This document shows positions 12,817-25,480 of a stretch of DNA of 64,000 nt, piece by piece. Positions within the stretch are counted from its first letter, which is position 1, and the number at the start of each line of letters is the position of its first letter. This DNA is from Mobula hypostoma. Lineage: Eukaryota. The position numbers and the translations under genes were made by a program. The notes beneath the pieces were generated by a model. That model had not been told where the DNA came from and did not search any database. It saw only the letters and a program-made list of their open reading frames with translations. The stretch lies in contig NC_086108.1 in assembly GCF_963921235.1 (NCBI RefSeq), positions 91,452,001-91,516,000 on the forward strand. Reading direction: 5' to 3'.

Positions 12817-12959
12817 GGCATCTCTAGGAAGAGGATTAGAGGCATCTAGGAAAAGAGGCAGCATCCTCTTCCTAGAGATGCTGCCTGGCCTGCTGCGTTC
12901 ACCAGCAACTTTGATGTGTGTTGCTTGAATTTCCAGCATCTGCAGAATTCCTGTTGTTT
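12817..12959 (+). mobile_element. miniature Penelope insertion with a scrambled 5' end
   Basis: 14-bp TSD aaatatttaacaga at 12803-12816 and 12960-12973; body matches 6317-6410. Confidence 0.85.
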
Positions 12960-13209
12960 AAATATTTAACAGACACTCTTCCTTTTCCATTTTGCAACAA
13001 AATTAGAGCTTTTGTGTACAATAGTCATCGTAATTGTTCACCCTTACCCATTCTAACATTAGTTTAATATAGAAGTCCAAGCACAGGAAAGAGGCTCAAG
13101 TTAGTCAAGAAATAGCAACTCATCTTTTAATAAGGCACTTTACAGTCTTCAGGGCCCCATCATGAACATTAATAACTTCCAGACATCATAATTGATCCCC
13201 TATTATTAG

Positions 13210-14050
13210 ACAGGAAATGACTGGAATACGGAATACAGTGTTGGGAAATGTATGATAATGCATTTTGGTAAAAGGAACAATAGTGAGGACTATTATCTAA
13301 ATGGGGAGGGGGACTAAGGAGTCCTCATGCAAGATTCCCAGAAGGTTAATTTACAGGTTGAGCCTGAGGTTAAGGCGGAGAAAAAGTATTTCAGCATGTA
13401 GATTATTTACATTTCTCTGACATTAAATGTACCTTTGAAACCTTTGAAATGCAATGTTAGCATTTATTTCAAGGTGAATAGAATATAAAAACAAGGAGGT
13501 AATGCTGAGCCAGGCTGCACTTGGAGTATTGTCAACAGTTCAGAGCCCCATATCAGAAAGGATGTGTTGTCATTGGAGACAGTCCAGAGGTGGCTCACAA
13601 GGATGATTCTGGGAATGTTGGCCTTGTACTCACTGGAATTTAGAAGAATGTGTGGGGAGCTCATTGAAACCTACTGAACATTGAAAGGACTAGATAGGGT
13701 GGAAGTGGAGAGAATGTTTCCTATGGTGGGGGTATCCAGAATTAGAGGACACAGCCTCAAAACTGAGGGGCGGCCTTTTAGAATAGAGGTAAGGAGGAAT
13801 TTTTTAGCCAGAGAGTAGTGAATCTGTGGAATGCTCTGCCACAGGCTGTGGAGGAGAACAAGTCCACAGGTATATTTAAGGTGAAAGATGATAGATTCCT
13901 AATCGGTCAGGGCATCAAAGACTATGGTGAGAAGGCAGGTGTATGGGGTTTGAGTGGGATCTAGGATCAGCCGAATGGAATGGCAGATGGAATGGCAGAG
14001 GAGACTTGATGGGCTGAATGGCCTAATTCTGCTCCTATGTCTTATGGACT
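13210..14050 (+). mobile_element. CR1 LINE 3' fragment
   Basis: Homologous to 31575-32452 and 36220-37030; ends gggctgaatggcctaattctgctcctatgtcttatgg. Confidence 0.8.
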
Positions 14051-14965
14051 TATTCTGTTGGATTGCTATTCTGTTGGATTGACATTATCTATCACTCCAA
14101 GTATTGACACAAATTATACCATGTGTCCACCCAAAGAGCTCACTGCAATATCTTGCCTAACAGTACCTGACCTCCATCACAAAGAAGGACAAAGTCAACA
14201 TGCGCGTAGGAATACTATCATTCATAAGAGCCAGTTGAATCACTTACGAAGTACACTAAGTACATTTATTGTATACTTCATACAACCTTGAGATTCGTCT
14301 CCTTACAGGCAGCCACAGAATGAAGATTCCCAATAGAACCCATTGAAACAAAAGAAGACTGCCAAGCACCCCATGTACAGAGGGGAAAAATAAACAAATC
14401 ATGCAAACAATAATAATAAGCAAATAGCATTCAGAACTGAAGTTCACAAAAGCGAGGCATCACTGCAGCTCATTCAGAAGCCTGTTAGTTGCAGGCCACA
14501 TCCTCAGTTCAGTGCAGAGACAAGTAAACCACGTGCAGCAGCGAGGTTTACTTGTCTCAACCTTACTCAGAATATATCATCGTTCTTTCACGGTTTCTGG
14601 AGGTACCTACCCTGCATTACTGTGGGAACACCATTGACAGAGGACTGTAAGGTTTAAGAAGGTGGCTCACTACCACCTTTTCAAAATCAATGAAAACAAT
14701 CTGGGTACTTGGAAACATTCTGTTTCCCAAGAGGGGGTGCAAGAGGGCATAGGTTTAAGGTGAAAGGTAGAAAGCTAAGAGAGGATTGGAGGATTTCTTT
14801 TTTCATGGAGAAGGTGGTGGAAGTCTGGAATGTGTTGCCAGAAGAAGTTGAGAGGAAGATACTCTCACATTTCAGAAACATCTCGACAAGATACTTAAAT
14901 CACAAAGACAATTTCCTAATGCAGGCAAATGTATACAGGTGGGAGCACAGGCATGACGAGCTAGA

Positions 14966-16450
14966 TCACAAACAGGAGAAAATTTGCAGATGCTGGAAAT
15001 CCAAGTCACACACACAAAAAGCTGGAGGAACTCAGCAGGCCAAGCAGCATCTATGGGAAAAGAGTACAGTCGACGTTTCGGGCCGAGACTATTCATCAGG
15101 ACTGGAGAACGAAAGAAGAGGAGTCAGAGTTAGAAGGTGAGGGGAAGGAGAAGAAACACAAGATGATAGGTGAAACCAGGAGAGGGGGAGGTGTGAATTG
15201 AAGAGCTGGGAAGTCGTTTGGTGAAAGAGATAAAGGGCAGGAGAAGAGGGAATCTGATAGGAGAGGACAGAAAGCCATGGAAGAAAGAAAAGGGGCAGGG
15301 GCACAGAAAGGAGGTGATTGGCATGTAGGGAGAAAAGGTGAGAGAGGGAAAAGGGAATGGGGAATGGTGGCAGGGAGGGGCATATTACTAGACCTTTGAG
15401 AAACCAATGTTCCCGCCATCAGGTCGAAGGCTACCCAAACGGAATACAAGGTGTTGTTCTTCCAACCTGAGTGTAGCCTCATCACGACATGGACTGACAA
15501 GTCGGAAAGGGAAGTGGAATTAAAATGGGTGGTCATTGGGAATTCCTGCTTTTTCTGGCAAACGAAGCGTAGATGCGGAGCGAAGTGGTCTCTCAATCTA
15601 TGTCAGGGTTCACCAATATACAGGAGGCCACACCAGGAGCTCCAGATACAGTATATGACCCCAACTGACTCGAAGGTGAAGTGTTGCCTCACCTGGAAGG
15701 ATTGTTTAGGGTCCTGAATGGTAGTGATGGAGGAAGTGTAGGGGCAGGTGTATCACTTGTTCCGCTTGCAAGGATAAATGCCAAGAGGGAGATCGATGGG
15801 AAGGGACAAATGGACAAGGGAATCACACAGGGAGTATTCCCTGCAGAAAATAGAAAGTGGCGAGGAGGGAAAGATGTGCTTCATGGTGGGATCCCATTGG
15901 AGATGGCGGAAGTTATGGAGAATTATAGACTGGGCACGAAGACTGGTGGGTGACATGTGAGGACAAGAGAAACCCTATCCCTGGTGGGGTGGCGGAGGAT
16001 GGAGTGAGGGCAGATGTGTGCAAAATGGAAGTGATGCAGTTGAGGACAGCATTGATTGTGGATGAAGGGAAGCCCCTTTCTTTGAAGAAGGAGAACATCT
16101 CCTTCATTCTGGAATGAAAAGCCTCATCCTGATGTTGTTCAACTGCTCATACATTCTGATGGAACCACCCCATATTTTAAATTGTACTTTTGTATTTTCA
16201 ATGAGTTATGGCATGCATTAATGAGGTGGAGATGGAGGAATTGAGAGAAGGGAATTGCATCCTTACAAGCAACGGAGAGGGAAGAGTTATAGTCCAGATA
16301 GCTATGAGAATCAGTGGGTTTATAATAGACATCAATAGATACGCTGTCTCCAGAGACAGAGAGATTGAGAAGTGAGAGGGAGATGCTGGAAATGGATGGG
16401 ATAAATTTGATGGCAGGGAGGATGTTGGAGGCAAATCCAACCAAGTCAGC
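14966..16450 (-). mobile_element. Penelope-like element, 5'-truncated (RT thumb, GIY-YIG region, terminal repeat)
   Basis: ORF pieces SIDVYYKPTDSHSYLDYNS..CKDAIPFSQFL, MFSFFKERGFP, HLRFVCQKKQEFPMTTHFNS, then the hammerhead repeat. Confidence 0.85.
15067..15104 (-). ncRNA. hammerhead motif (Penelope), stem II mutated
   Basis: Minus strand CAGTC-CTGATGA-atagtctcggccc-GAAA-CGTC^GACTG. Confidence 0.55.
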
Positions 16451-18643
16451 CCCCATCTTTGCAGGACCTCACTAATCCCACACATTTTCTGGGTCTGCAC
16501 TGGGTTGAAACCTGATATATCTGCTAGAATTTCCAGCATTGAAAAAAGGGCTTCCATTTGACACATTAACTCTGCTTATCTCGGCCTGGCTTGATGAACG
16601 TGTTCATCTAGTTCTGCTTTGATCTAACACTTAACCATTAAGTCTCTGGGGTGTAACTCAGATGAGAATGCCACTGACACTGGGCGATGCCCAAAAGGAG
16701 TTATGCCTTTAAACAGACATGAATAACCTCATAGGAAATTAGCCGCTTACTTACATATGTTTTCGAACTCTGGAATGCTCCAAATTTCAAATCATCAAAA
16801 ATATTCAGGAAAAGTAATCTTCAATATAATTCATCTAATGATGTTGTTCAACTGCTCATACATTCTGATGGAACCACCCCATATTTTAAATTGTACTTTT
16901 GTATTTTCAATGAGTTATGGCATGCATTAATGAGTTCATGTATTAACATTAGTCTTGAATGTGAAGACTCAATTTGAAGACTGATGTCTATCTATCAGCT
17001 TTTAAAACTATTTAGTTATATTATGGCATCTGTTGTATGGGAGTTGACATAAATATCTAAACATTAGGTTCTGGAATTTACTGACAGAGCACACATAAAG
17101 TTGATCTTCTCGAAGCACATTTGAACCCTATTATTGTACTAGTTCTGAACATGGAGTGTAAGGATCCAGACTGATAGTTCCACCTCACTGTTCTTGGAAT
17201 TGCTCTATGATCCTTGTTCAAATATTCTTATATATTTAGGGATGACTGAAATCTCCCAGAAATATATTGCATCTTTTCAGCAGCCCTGCCATTGAAATAA
17301 GTCATCATGCTTACTAATTTAAAAAGTTTTTCCTCCACAGTAAAAAGCTTTCACAAATATCACTAAAATAAAACTCAGTATTAATTAAATTAAACTGTCC
17401 TTTCAATCATCAATTGCATTTCAATTTTCACTCAAATCATTAGAAGCAAGTTCTATTTTAAGTTGTACTTCATGATTTAATTTAATGATTGTACATTTTG
17501 TGCCATTATTTAGTGATATTTCATGTCCCTAAGTAATTTCAGATGGTTAACAATTGCCTTTGACTATTTGTTGCAATTTACCCAAATGAATAGAAATAAT
17601 ATGTAATCAGGACTTCAAAATCAGACATTACAACTAGATATAAGCATCCAGATTCTGTTATTATCTATATATAACAAATGAGTGTGCAATTCTTGTTCAT
17701 CACAATTCCCCTCTCTTTCCAATCCACTAAATCATTCCACTTCAGGTGCCTCACACAAATTTCCGTGTCACATTTGAGGGAAAAGAATGGCAGAGGCTTG
17801 AGTCAGGAGCCGCACTGTCTGCGGTCTTTGATTGGTGTTAGAGATTGTGCTTACAACAGAGCAATAGCTATATGACGCAGGAACCAGAAAGTCTGTGACA
17901 CTAGGTGACCTTGGTAATACATTTTAGAGAGAGAAAGAAAGCTTTGGTTTGGACATGGGTCCTAAAGCATAAATACACTCCAGTCTTATATATTGCTCGA
18001 ATAAGGGCTGTTAAATTTTCAAGTCCTAGCCTTTCTAGGATATTGGTTCCTATTTCATAATAATACCCTTGAATCTACTAGCACTAAGCTGGAAATGTTC
18101 AAAGATAATCAACATAAAATATTAACTCCTTTCCTCTCTCCATTGTATCTGAACATACAGAAAATGTGGAGGCTGATTTCATCCTTCAAGATGTTTACTC
18201 ATTTTCTACAAGACTGCTAAACGTATGTGTCCACAACATAGCCCTTGAGGGGATTAATGAAAATGGCGCCTGACAAACATCAAAATAGTGAAGCTAAAGA
18301 AACCCCCTGAAGCACCAGGATTCCTGCTCATCTTGGTGGTGACAAACTATCAATTGTTTACATTTGATTATAAATACATTATTACACAATAAATAATGCA
18401 TTACTACACTCTCGACTGATATGATATTGCTGAGTATTCCAAACACGTTCTCGTAATGTCATGCTAAATGTTATGCCCTTGTGACCAGTTTTATTCTGGA
18501 AATTACACTTCCAAGAATCAGACCAACCACACCCTTCTGGTGGGTATAAAGCACGGAAACAGACCATTCAGCCAACTCATCAATGCCAACCGAAGTGCCC
18601 ATCAAGCTAGTCCCAGCTGACTAAGTTTGGTTCATATCCCTCT

Positions 18644-21600
18644 GATGATGGTATCTGTCTGTCTCAAAGGACAATGGAGTGTGCACTATGGGTCAGTCCA
18701 CTGTAGAGCTGCAAAGCCCGCTATGGCTATACAGTCCAATTTTGGAGCAGCAGGTCTTGCTGCAGTTTCTGCAAGTGAGTATTGTGCCAGGCTGTGGAGG
18801 TGCTGATGTCGATGTTTCCCCTAGCTGTCTGCGCTCTCTATTTGCTTCCTGCTGCTCTTCTCTCTTCTGCTCGCTCTTCTTTACACCTGCCTTGATGGTC
18901 TGCCTCCAGCTGCTGGGGTCAGCTACCACGACTTCCCAGGTTGTTTGTTCAATGCCGCACTTACAGATGTCTCGATAATGCAGGGCTGCTCTTCCAGTAG
19001 GTCTAGTGCCAGTGGCGAGCTCTCCATACAGTATGTCTTTAGCGATCCGGCCGTCCTCCAAGCAGCTGATGTGACCAAGCCATTGCAGGCGACGCTGAGT
19101 GAGGAGTACGAAGATGCTTGTGATGCCTGCTTGGTCTAGACCGTCCTTGTTTGGGATGTGATCCCACCATGTGATGCCCGGGATTCTTCTGAGGGAGTGA
19201 AGATAGGCCATGTTTAGGTTGCGCTCTTGGTGAGAGTAGGTCACTGCTGTACAGGAGTGTACTGAGCACGCAGGCCTGGTAGACCTTCATCCTGGTATTT
19301 TTTGTCAGCAGCAGGTAATGCTGCTGTTTCAGTGTCAGGCTGTGGAGGTGCTGATGTTGATGTTCTCCCAAGCTCCTGTTGCCAGGCGCGATACTGTTGT
19401 TGCTGCTCTGCTGATCCGCTTGTTGAGTTCAATGTCGAGGGAGAGGATGCTTGAAAAGGTGGATCAAAGGTAGGTGAACTCATCCACCACATCAAGGGTG
19501 TGGTCACCTATGCAGATGTTAGGAGTGTTGCTGACATCTTGGCACGTTTGTCTTCTTGAGGCTGATAATCAAACTAAAGTCTCTACAGGTGAGTGCAAAT
19601 CAGTTGATGCAGGACTTCCTCTCAGTGTGATGTCAGGGGGGCATCATCTGCAGACAGCAACTCCCTTATCAGTACCAGTCACACCTCGGTCTTTGCTCTT
19701 AGGTGTGCAACGTTAAGCAATCTGCTGCCTCTTCTGATGTGGAGGTATACACCATTATCTGATAAACTTAAAGCATGAGACAGCAGCAGGGAGAAGATAT
19801 TGAGGAGCATAGGAACCAGTATGCAGCCTTGCTTCTTGCTGCTCTTGATTGGGAAGGGATTTGAGGATAAGCCACAAACTGGACAGTGTCTTGTATGTTT
19901 CTATGGAAAAATATGATCATCCTGAGGAGCTTGTAGGAACATTCAATCTTTTGGAGCAGTGTGAAGAGACCCTTTTTGCTGACCAGGCTTAAGGCCTTTG
20001 TCAGGTCAATAAGGGCGATGTACGGTGGTTGTGTCTGATCTCGGCATTTCTCTTGAAGCTGGCGTAGTGAGACGAACATGTTGATTGTTGACCATCCCGC
20101 TCAGAAGCCACATTGTGAGCAGCCAGTGTTGTGGACTGTGGAGAACCACATGATCAAAAACCTCGCCAATGATGCTGAGAAGTGAGATGCCTCAGTAGTT
20201 ATTGCAGTCTTCACGGCCACCTTTGTTCTTATAGAGGGTGATGACATTGGAGTTGCGCATGTCCTAACACTGACAGAAAAGTTCAAGCTGGTAGTATAGC
20301 AGAGCAGACTTCTTACCAGCCATTATGACTTCAGGTGGGATGCCATCTTTACCATGAGGTATACCGCTTGCTAGGTGTCCAGTTGCCTTGCTGAGTTCAT
20401 CAACAGAGGGCAACTGCCACAGACTGGTTAAGGCCATGTCTGTGGGTATACTTAAAGTGGAAGTTAAAAGATTCCTGATTGTTCGGGGCATCAAGGGATA
20501 TGGTGAGAAGGCAAGTGCATGGGGTTGAATGGAATCCGGGATCAGCCATGATGGAATGGCGGAGTGGACTCAATGGGTTGAGTGGCCAAATTCTGCTCTT
20601 GTGTCTTATGGTCCCATGGACAAGTTCTTCCATGACAGGCAGACTCACGATACTTTCGTGTACAGCGATTACAGCTCCTTGTAGTGTTTGAGCCATCTTT
20701 CCATCGCTTTTCTGTGCTCAATGGAGTCTATCACCAATGGAGGACCTGAGTGGAGTGATCTTTGAGTTGGCCCGAGGGCCTTCCTACTGCCAGTGTACAT
20801 GCCACAGATGTTGCTGGAGTCAGCAGAGCACTGGATGCTCAGCTAGAGGTTCAGACAGTAGTTGTTGGTGCAGTGACAAGCCATACACTGGGCATCACCC
20901 CTGGCTTTCCTGAGAGCAGCAAGAGACTTCTCAGAAGGGTCCTTCTTGCACTGAGCTGTTCGTTTTGCTTCTATGGCAGGTTCTAGCTCTGCAATTCCAG
21001 CTTCAAACCAGTCTGGGTTTTGCCTCTCCAAAAGTAGTCATGGCTGTGTTGTAGACATCATGGAAGTGGCTCCATCTCTCTTCGACGCTCCCTGCAATAT
21101 AGTCCTGGAGAACTTGCCCGATGGTGTCAGCAAAGTGAGTACAGTCAGGGAGTGAGGTTTTGGTGGTGTTGATGCATGAGTGTCCTTCTTGCTTCGAGCA
21201 GTGGATTTGTCTGGGCTGGTGACGCACTTCACTGCTGACCAGGGAGTGGTCGGTGTCACAGTCAGCACTGTGGTAGCTGTGAGTGTTGAAGACGCAGTTC
21301 AGTGATCATCTTCTTGTGATGACAAGATCCAGCTGGAGCCAATGACGAGATGTGGGGTGTTGCCAGGACCCTCTATGGTGCAGCTTGGTTGAGAAGAATG
21401 TGTTGGTTGTGTTAGCTTATGCAGAGGTCATAGTAGGAACAAAGCTCTAATAGCCTCCATCCATTTTCATCAAGCTTGCTGATTCCAAAGTGTCCGATGC
21501 AGCTAGGCAGGGAGTTGTAGCCAGATCCCACTTAGGCATTGAAGTCTCTGAGGAGGTACAGATGCTCAGAGGCAGGTTGCCTTTGGATGGTGGAATCGAG

Positions 21601-22530
21601 GTCCTCATAGAACTGGTCTTTCGTTTCTGCAGATGCACAAAGGGTTGGTGCATAGATGCTCAAGGTGTTCACTGTGCATGAGGGAGTGGCAAGGCAGAGA
21701 GATAGAATGTGCTGTACGCTCCAGATGGTGGTTCCAGTGAGGAAAGCAGAGATTTTTTCACTGTCGTCCCAATGCCATGCTGACGCTATTCCTCTGGCTT
21801 CATCCCCTGCCAGAAGGTGTAGTCTGGTTCCTGAACTGCAGCAATGTCAATGTTCAGCTTTTTGAGCTTGCGGTCAATGATGGCAATCTTCCTGTTGTTG
21901 TCCACATGTTGAAGGTCATTGGAGAGCCCAGGACAGATGGTCCTGACGTTGCAACTTGCCAGTCATAGGACTGACGATTCATTTTTCCTTCTTGGTTGCC
22001 TGATGCTGTTTGCAGTTTGCTTGTCAAGTCGATCCTCTGATCTCCAAGCACCTGTTGAAGCAGGCGCACTGTGGAGAGTCAGCACTTTGTTAGCCAGGGG
22101 CTGCCCAGCTTGGGGTGGGCAATAGCTGACCAGTGGGATGCAGAGATCCCTCCCACTGTCAACGGCAGCCCTTAATGCCCATTACCTACGCCAAAAGGTG
22201 AGGGCTCATCACTTGTAACTGCTGCCTCCGGTGTTAGTTCTGTTGCTGCGAACAGCGGCACTAGAGTGACCGCTCAAGGGCACGAGCCTGTGTGGAAGGT
22301 ATGGAGATCTTGGGATGCCCAGTCATCAAGATCCCCCTCTAGGCTTCACTAGAGTAATCCAAAGAAAGCGAAACAATATGTTTGGCACCAGCTTGGCTGT
22401 ATGAGTTGACGGAAGGATATTCAGTGACGTCAAGCCTAGGAGCTCTACTCGGATTTTCTCTCTGCGTTTAACCTCCCACCATCATCACTCCCAAGGTTGC
22501 CCACAAGGCAGAGGGGCTATTGACCTATAA
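18644..22530 (-). mobile_element. near full-length but decayed RTE-clade LINE (APE endonuclease, RT, C-terminal zinc finger)
   Basis: Minus-strand ORF fragments MFVSLRQLQEKCRDQ..YIALIDLTKAL, GKDGIPPEV, QNPDWFE, RRLQWLGHI..DGRIAKDILYGEL..CRNCSKTCCSKIGLYSH; CR1 3' end inserted at about 20420-20612. Confidence 0.9.
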
Positions 22531-22544
22531 CAGTTTGTACAGCT

Positions 22545-23500
22545 CTGTCTGAGACGGTGGTGAGTGCCTCAAGGGGCTATCCTGTCTTCGTTTCTGTTCA
22601 CACTGTACACCTCAGATTTTCAGTACAAATCTGAGTCTTGTCACTTGTAGAAATTTTCTGATGACTGTGGTGATTGGGTGTATCAGAGATGGCAGGAGTC
22701 AGAGTACAGTGGACAAGTTTGCAGAGTGCTGCGGGAGGAATCACCTGCTCCTGAATGTGGTCAAAACCAAGGAGATGGTGATGGATTTTAGGAGGAAGAG
22801 GACTGTATACATTCTGAGAGAATAAGTTGCTGTGGTGGTGGAGTACAAATACTTGGTTGTTCGCCTTGACAACATATTGACAGGTAAACCAACACCAAAG
22901 CTGCTTATAAGAAGGGGGTGAGCAGATTATTTTCTAAGGAACCGAGATCCTTCAATGTGTGCAGCAGGATGTTGGAGATCTTTTACTAGTCTGCAGTAGC
23001 GAGAGCAGTCTTCTTTGCAGTGTTATGTTGAGGGAGTAGCATCGGTGCCGGTGATGCAAAAAGACTAAATAAACTCATCAAAAAGGCTGGATCTCTCCGT
23101 GACGTACAACCCAGACTCTCTTGAGTTAGTGGTGGAGAGGAGGTCACTAAACAAACTTGTATCCATTATGGGCAATCTAGCACATCCTCTCCATGACCTA
23201 CTGAATAAGCAGTGGAGCAACATTTCAGACACACTCATTCAGCTCTGCTGACACAAGGATCATTACAGAAAACTTCCTACCAAATGCAAAAAGCATATAC
23301 AACAGTTCATCTCTGTGTGACAGGAGAACACACATCATAGTACAATAGACTGTTTACTTTGTACATTATTATTGCACATTATTAAATTATTGTGTATATT
23401 ATTCTGTACTTTATTATTAGTTAAGTCAGCACACTGCGAAGTGTATTTTTAAGTGTTGCTGCTGTAACAGGAGAATTTCCCACTTAGAATCAACAAAGTA

Positions 23501-23530
<30 letters not shown>
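22545..23530 (+). mobile_element. Rex1-like LINE 3' fragment ending in (TAT)n
   Basis: Encodes a decayed FLFTLYTSDFQYKSESCHL.KFSDD RT motif; microsatellite tail at about 23505-23530. Confidence 0.8.
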
Positions 23531-23531
<1 letters not shown>

Positions 23532-23994
23532 ATTACTCCCAATCAGCTACATTGGGCAGGCCACATGCTAGACACCAAAGATCCATGGAAGCAGACATCT
23601 ATCATGGATGGAGATTACCGGGTGGACAGAGGAAAAATTTCAGAAATGCATTCAACGGAATATAGTATTCCCACAGCCTCTGAAGTTCGTGAACACTTAA
23701 AGCTGAGGACCATTCAAGATAGTCTCGAGTCCATGAACTGGGAGTACACAGATGACTTGTGTCAGCAGTGGGAGGAGCGCACCACCTCACAATCGAACCA
23801 CTCACCCCATTAACCACCTCCTGTATTCCCTTGAAAGGATCTGTGATTCTCACTTTATACTCAGCAGCCTTGTCAGAAAACTGAAGTAGAAGTCTCTCTC
23901 AATCCTGGGGGACTACCTAAGATGAAGACCAGAAGATACTAAAGTCCTTCTGACAGGCTAAATACTCCTATGGGAAAAAACCTGCTGCCCCTGC

Positions 23995-24490
23995 CTGTGC
24001 AAAATGCTGGAGGAGCTCAGCAGCTCAGGCAGCATCAAAGGAGGAGAACAAACAGTCAGTGTTTCGGAACAAAACCCCCTATCGGGATTGGAAAGGAAGG
24101 GGGAAGAAGCTAGAATAAGAAGGCAGGAGGGAGAGGAGTACAAGCTGACAGGTGAAGCCGGGTGAGGGGGACAGTGGGTGAGTGGGCGAAGGGGGATGAC
24201 CTGAGAAGCTGGTTGGTGATAGGCGGAAAATGTAAAGGCTGATGGAACCTGATAGGAAAGGAAAGAGTACCATGGGAGAAAGGGAAGCAGGAGGAGCACT
24301 AGAGGGAGGTGATGGGCAGGTGAGGAATATAGAAGTAGAGGGGTAGCCAGAATGGAGAATAGAAAAAGAGGGGTGAGAGGGGGAAAAAATTACTAGAAGT
24401 TAGAAAAAAGCAATGTTTATATCATCGGGTTGGAAGCTGCCCAATCAGAATATGTGTTCCTTCATTCTGTGAATGGCCTCATCATGTCTG
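23995..24490 (-). mobile_element. older Penelope terminal-repeat fragment
   Basis: aaaatgctggaggagctcagcag... homologous to 15016-15490; hammerhead degenerate. Confidence 0.7.
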
Positions 24491-24584
24491 GATATCCTCC
24501 AACCTTCTTACTTTGGCATCCTCCCCCTTCTTTTTTAGTCTTGATAAATGGTCTCTATCTGTCCGAAATGTTGACTGTTAATCT

Positions 24585-25480
24585 GCTGAGTTGAAAGCTG
24601 ATGACGAATCAGCATATGGTCAGGAGATTGAATGGTGCCACAGCAACAACCTCTCACTCAATGTCAGTAAAATCAAAGAGCCAATTAGTGATTGTATAAG
24701 GCCCATAAGTCAGCCCTCATTAGCGGATTGTAGTTGGAGAGGGTTGATAACTTTAAATTCTTGGGCATTATAATATCAGAGGATCTGTACTGGGTCCAGC
24801 ATGTGAGTGGTGCAACAAAGAAGGCACAGCAATGCCTCTACTGTTCTAGAAGTTTGTGCAGATTCAGTATGTCATCTAAAATTTTGACAAACTTCTATAG
24901 ATGCACCAGAGTACCATGGTCTGGTATGGAAACACCAATGTCCATGAATGGAAAAGTCTACAAAAACTAATGGATACAGCCCAATCCATCACAGGCAAAT
25001 TCCTCCCCGTCATTGAGCACATCTACAAGTGCTGCCACAAGAAAGCAGCTTCCAGCATCAAGGACCCCAACCCCACCATCCAGGAGGTACAGTAGGCTTT
25101 GATCCTACACCACCAGGTTCAGGAACAGTTATTAACCTTCAACCATCAGGCTCCTGACGCAGCATGGATAACTTCATTCATGTCAACTCTGAACAAATTC
25201 CACAAACTATGGACAAACTTTCAAGAAATCTACAACTCATGTTCTCAATATTATTTATTTCTTACTTTTTTTTACTTGCAAAGTTTGTCTTCTTTTGCCC
25301 TGAAAGGTGGAGGAAATGCTGGAGACCAAAGACAACTTGGTGCCATACCATAGAGGAAGAAATTAGGACGCTAAACCTCAATTGGGGCACAATAGAGAAG
25401 ATGGCCAAGGACAAACAGAGATGAGGGCCTTCATTGCTGCCCTAAATAACAGTGGCTTAAAAGATAGTAACTAACTATAT
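24585..25480 (+). mobile_element. Rex1/Babar-like 3' fragment with a short RTE 3' end inserted at about 25300-25475
   Basis: ORF 24734..24970 (ERVDNFKFLGIIISEDLYW); insert encodes RPKTTW..TIEE..LNWGTIEKMAKDKQR. Confidence 0.7.

Noticed and set aside
22300..22530. HDV-like ribozyme at the 5' end of the long RTE
   Set aside because: Some pairing is visible (gccc/gggc, aggt/acct) but I could not assemble a complete fold from this decayed copy; a consensus is needed.
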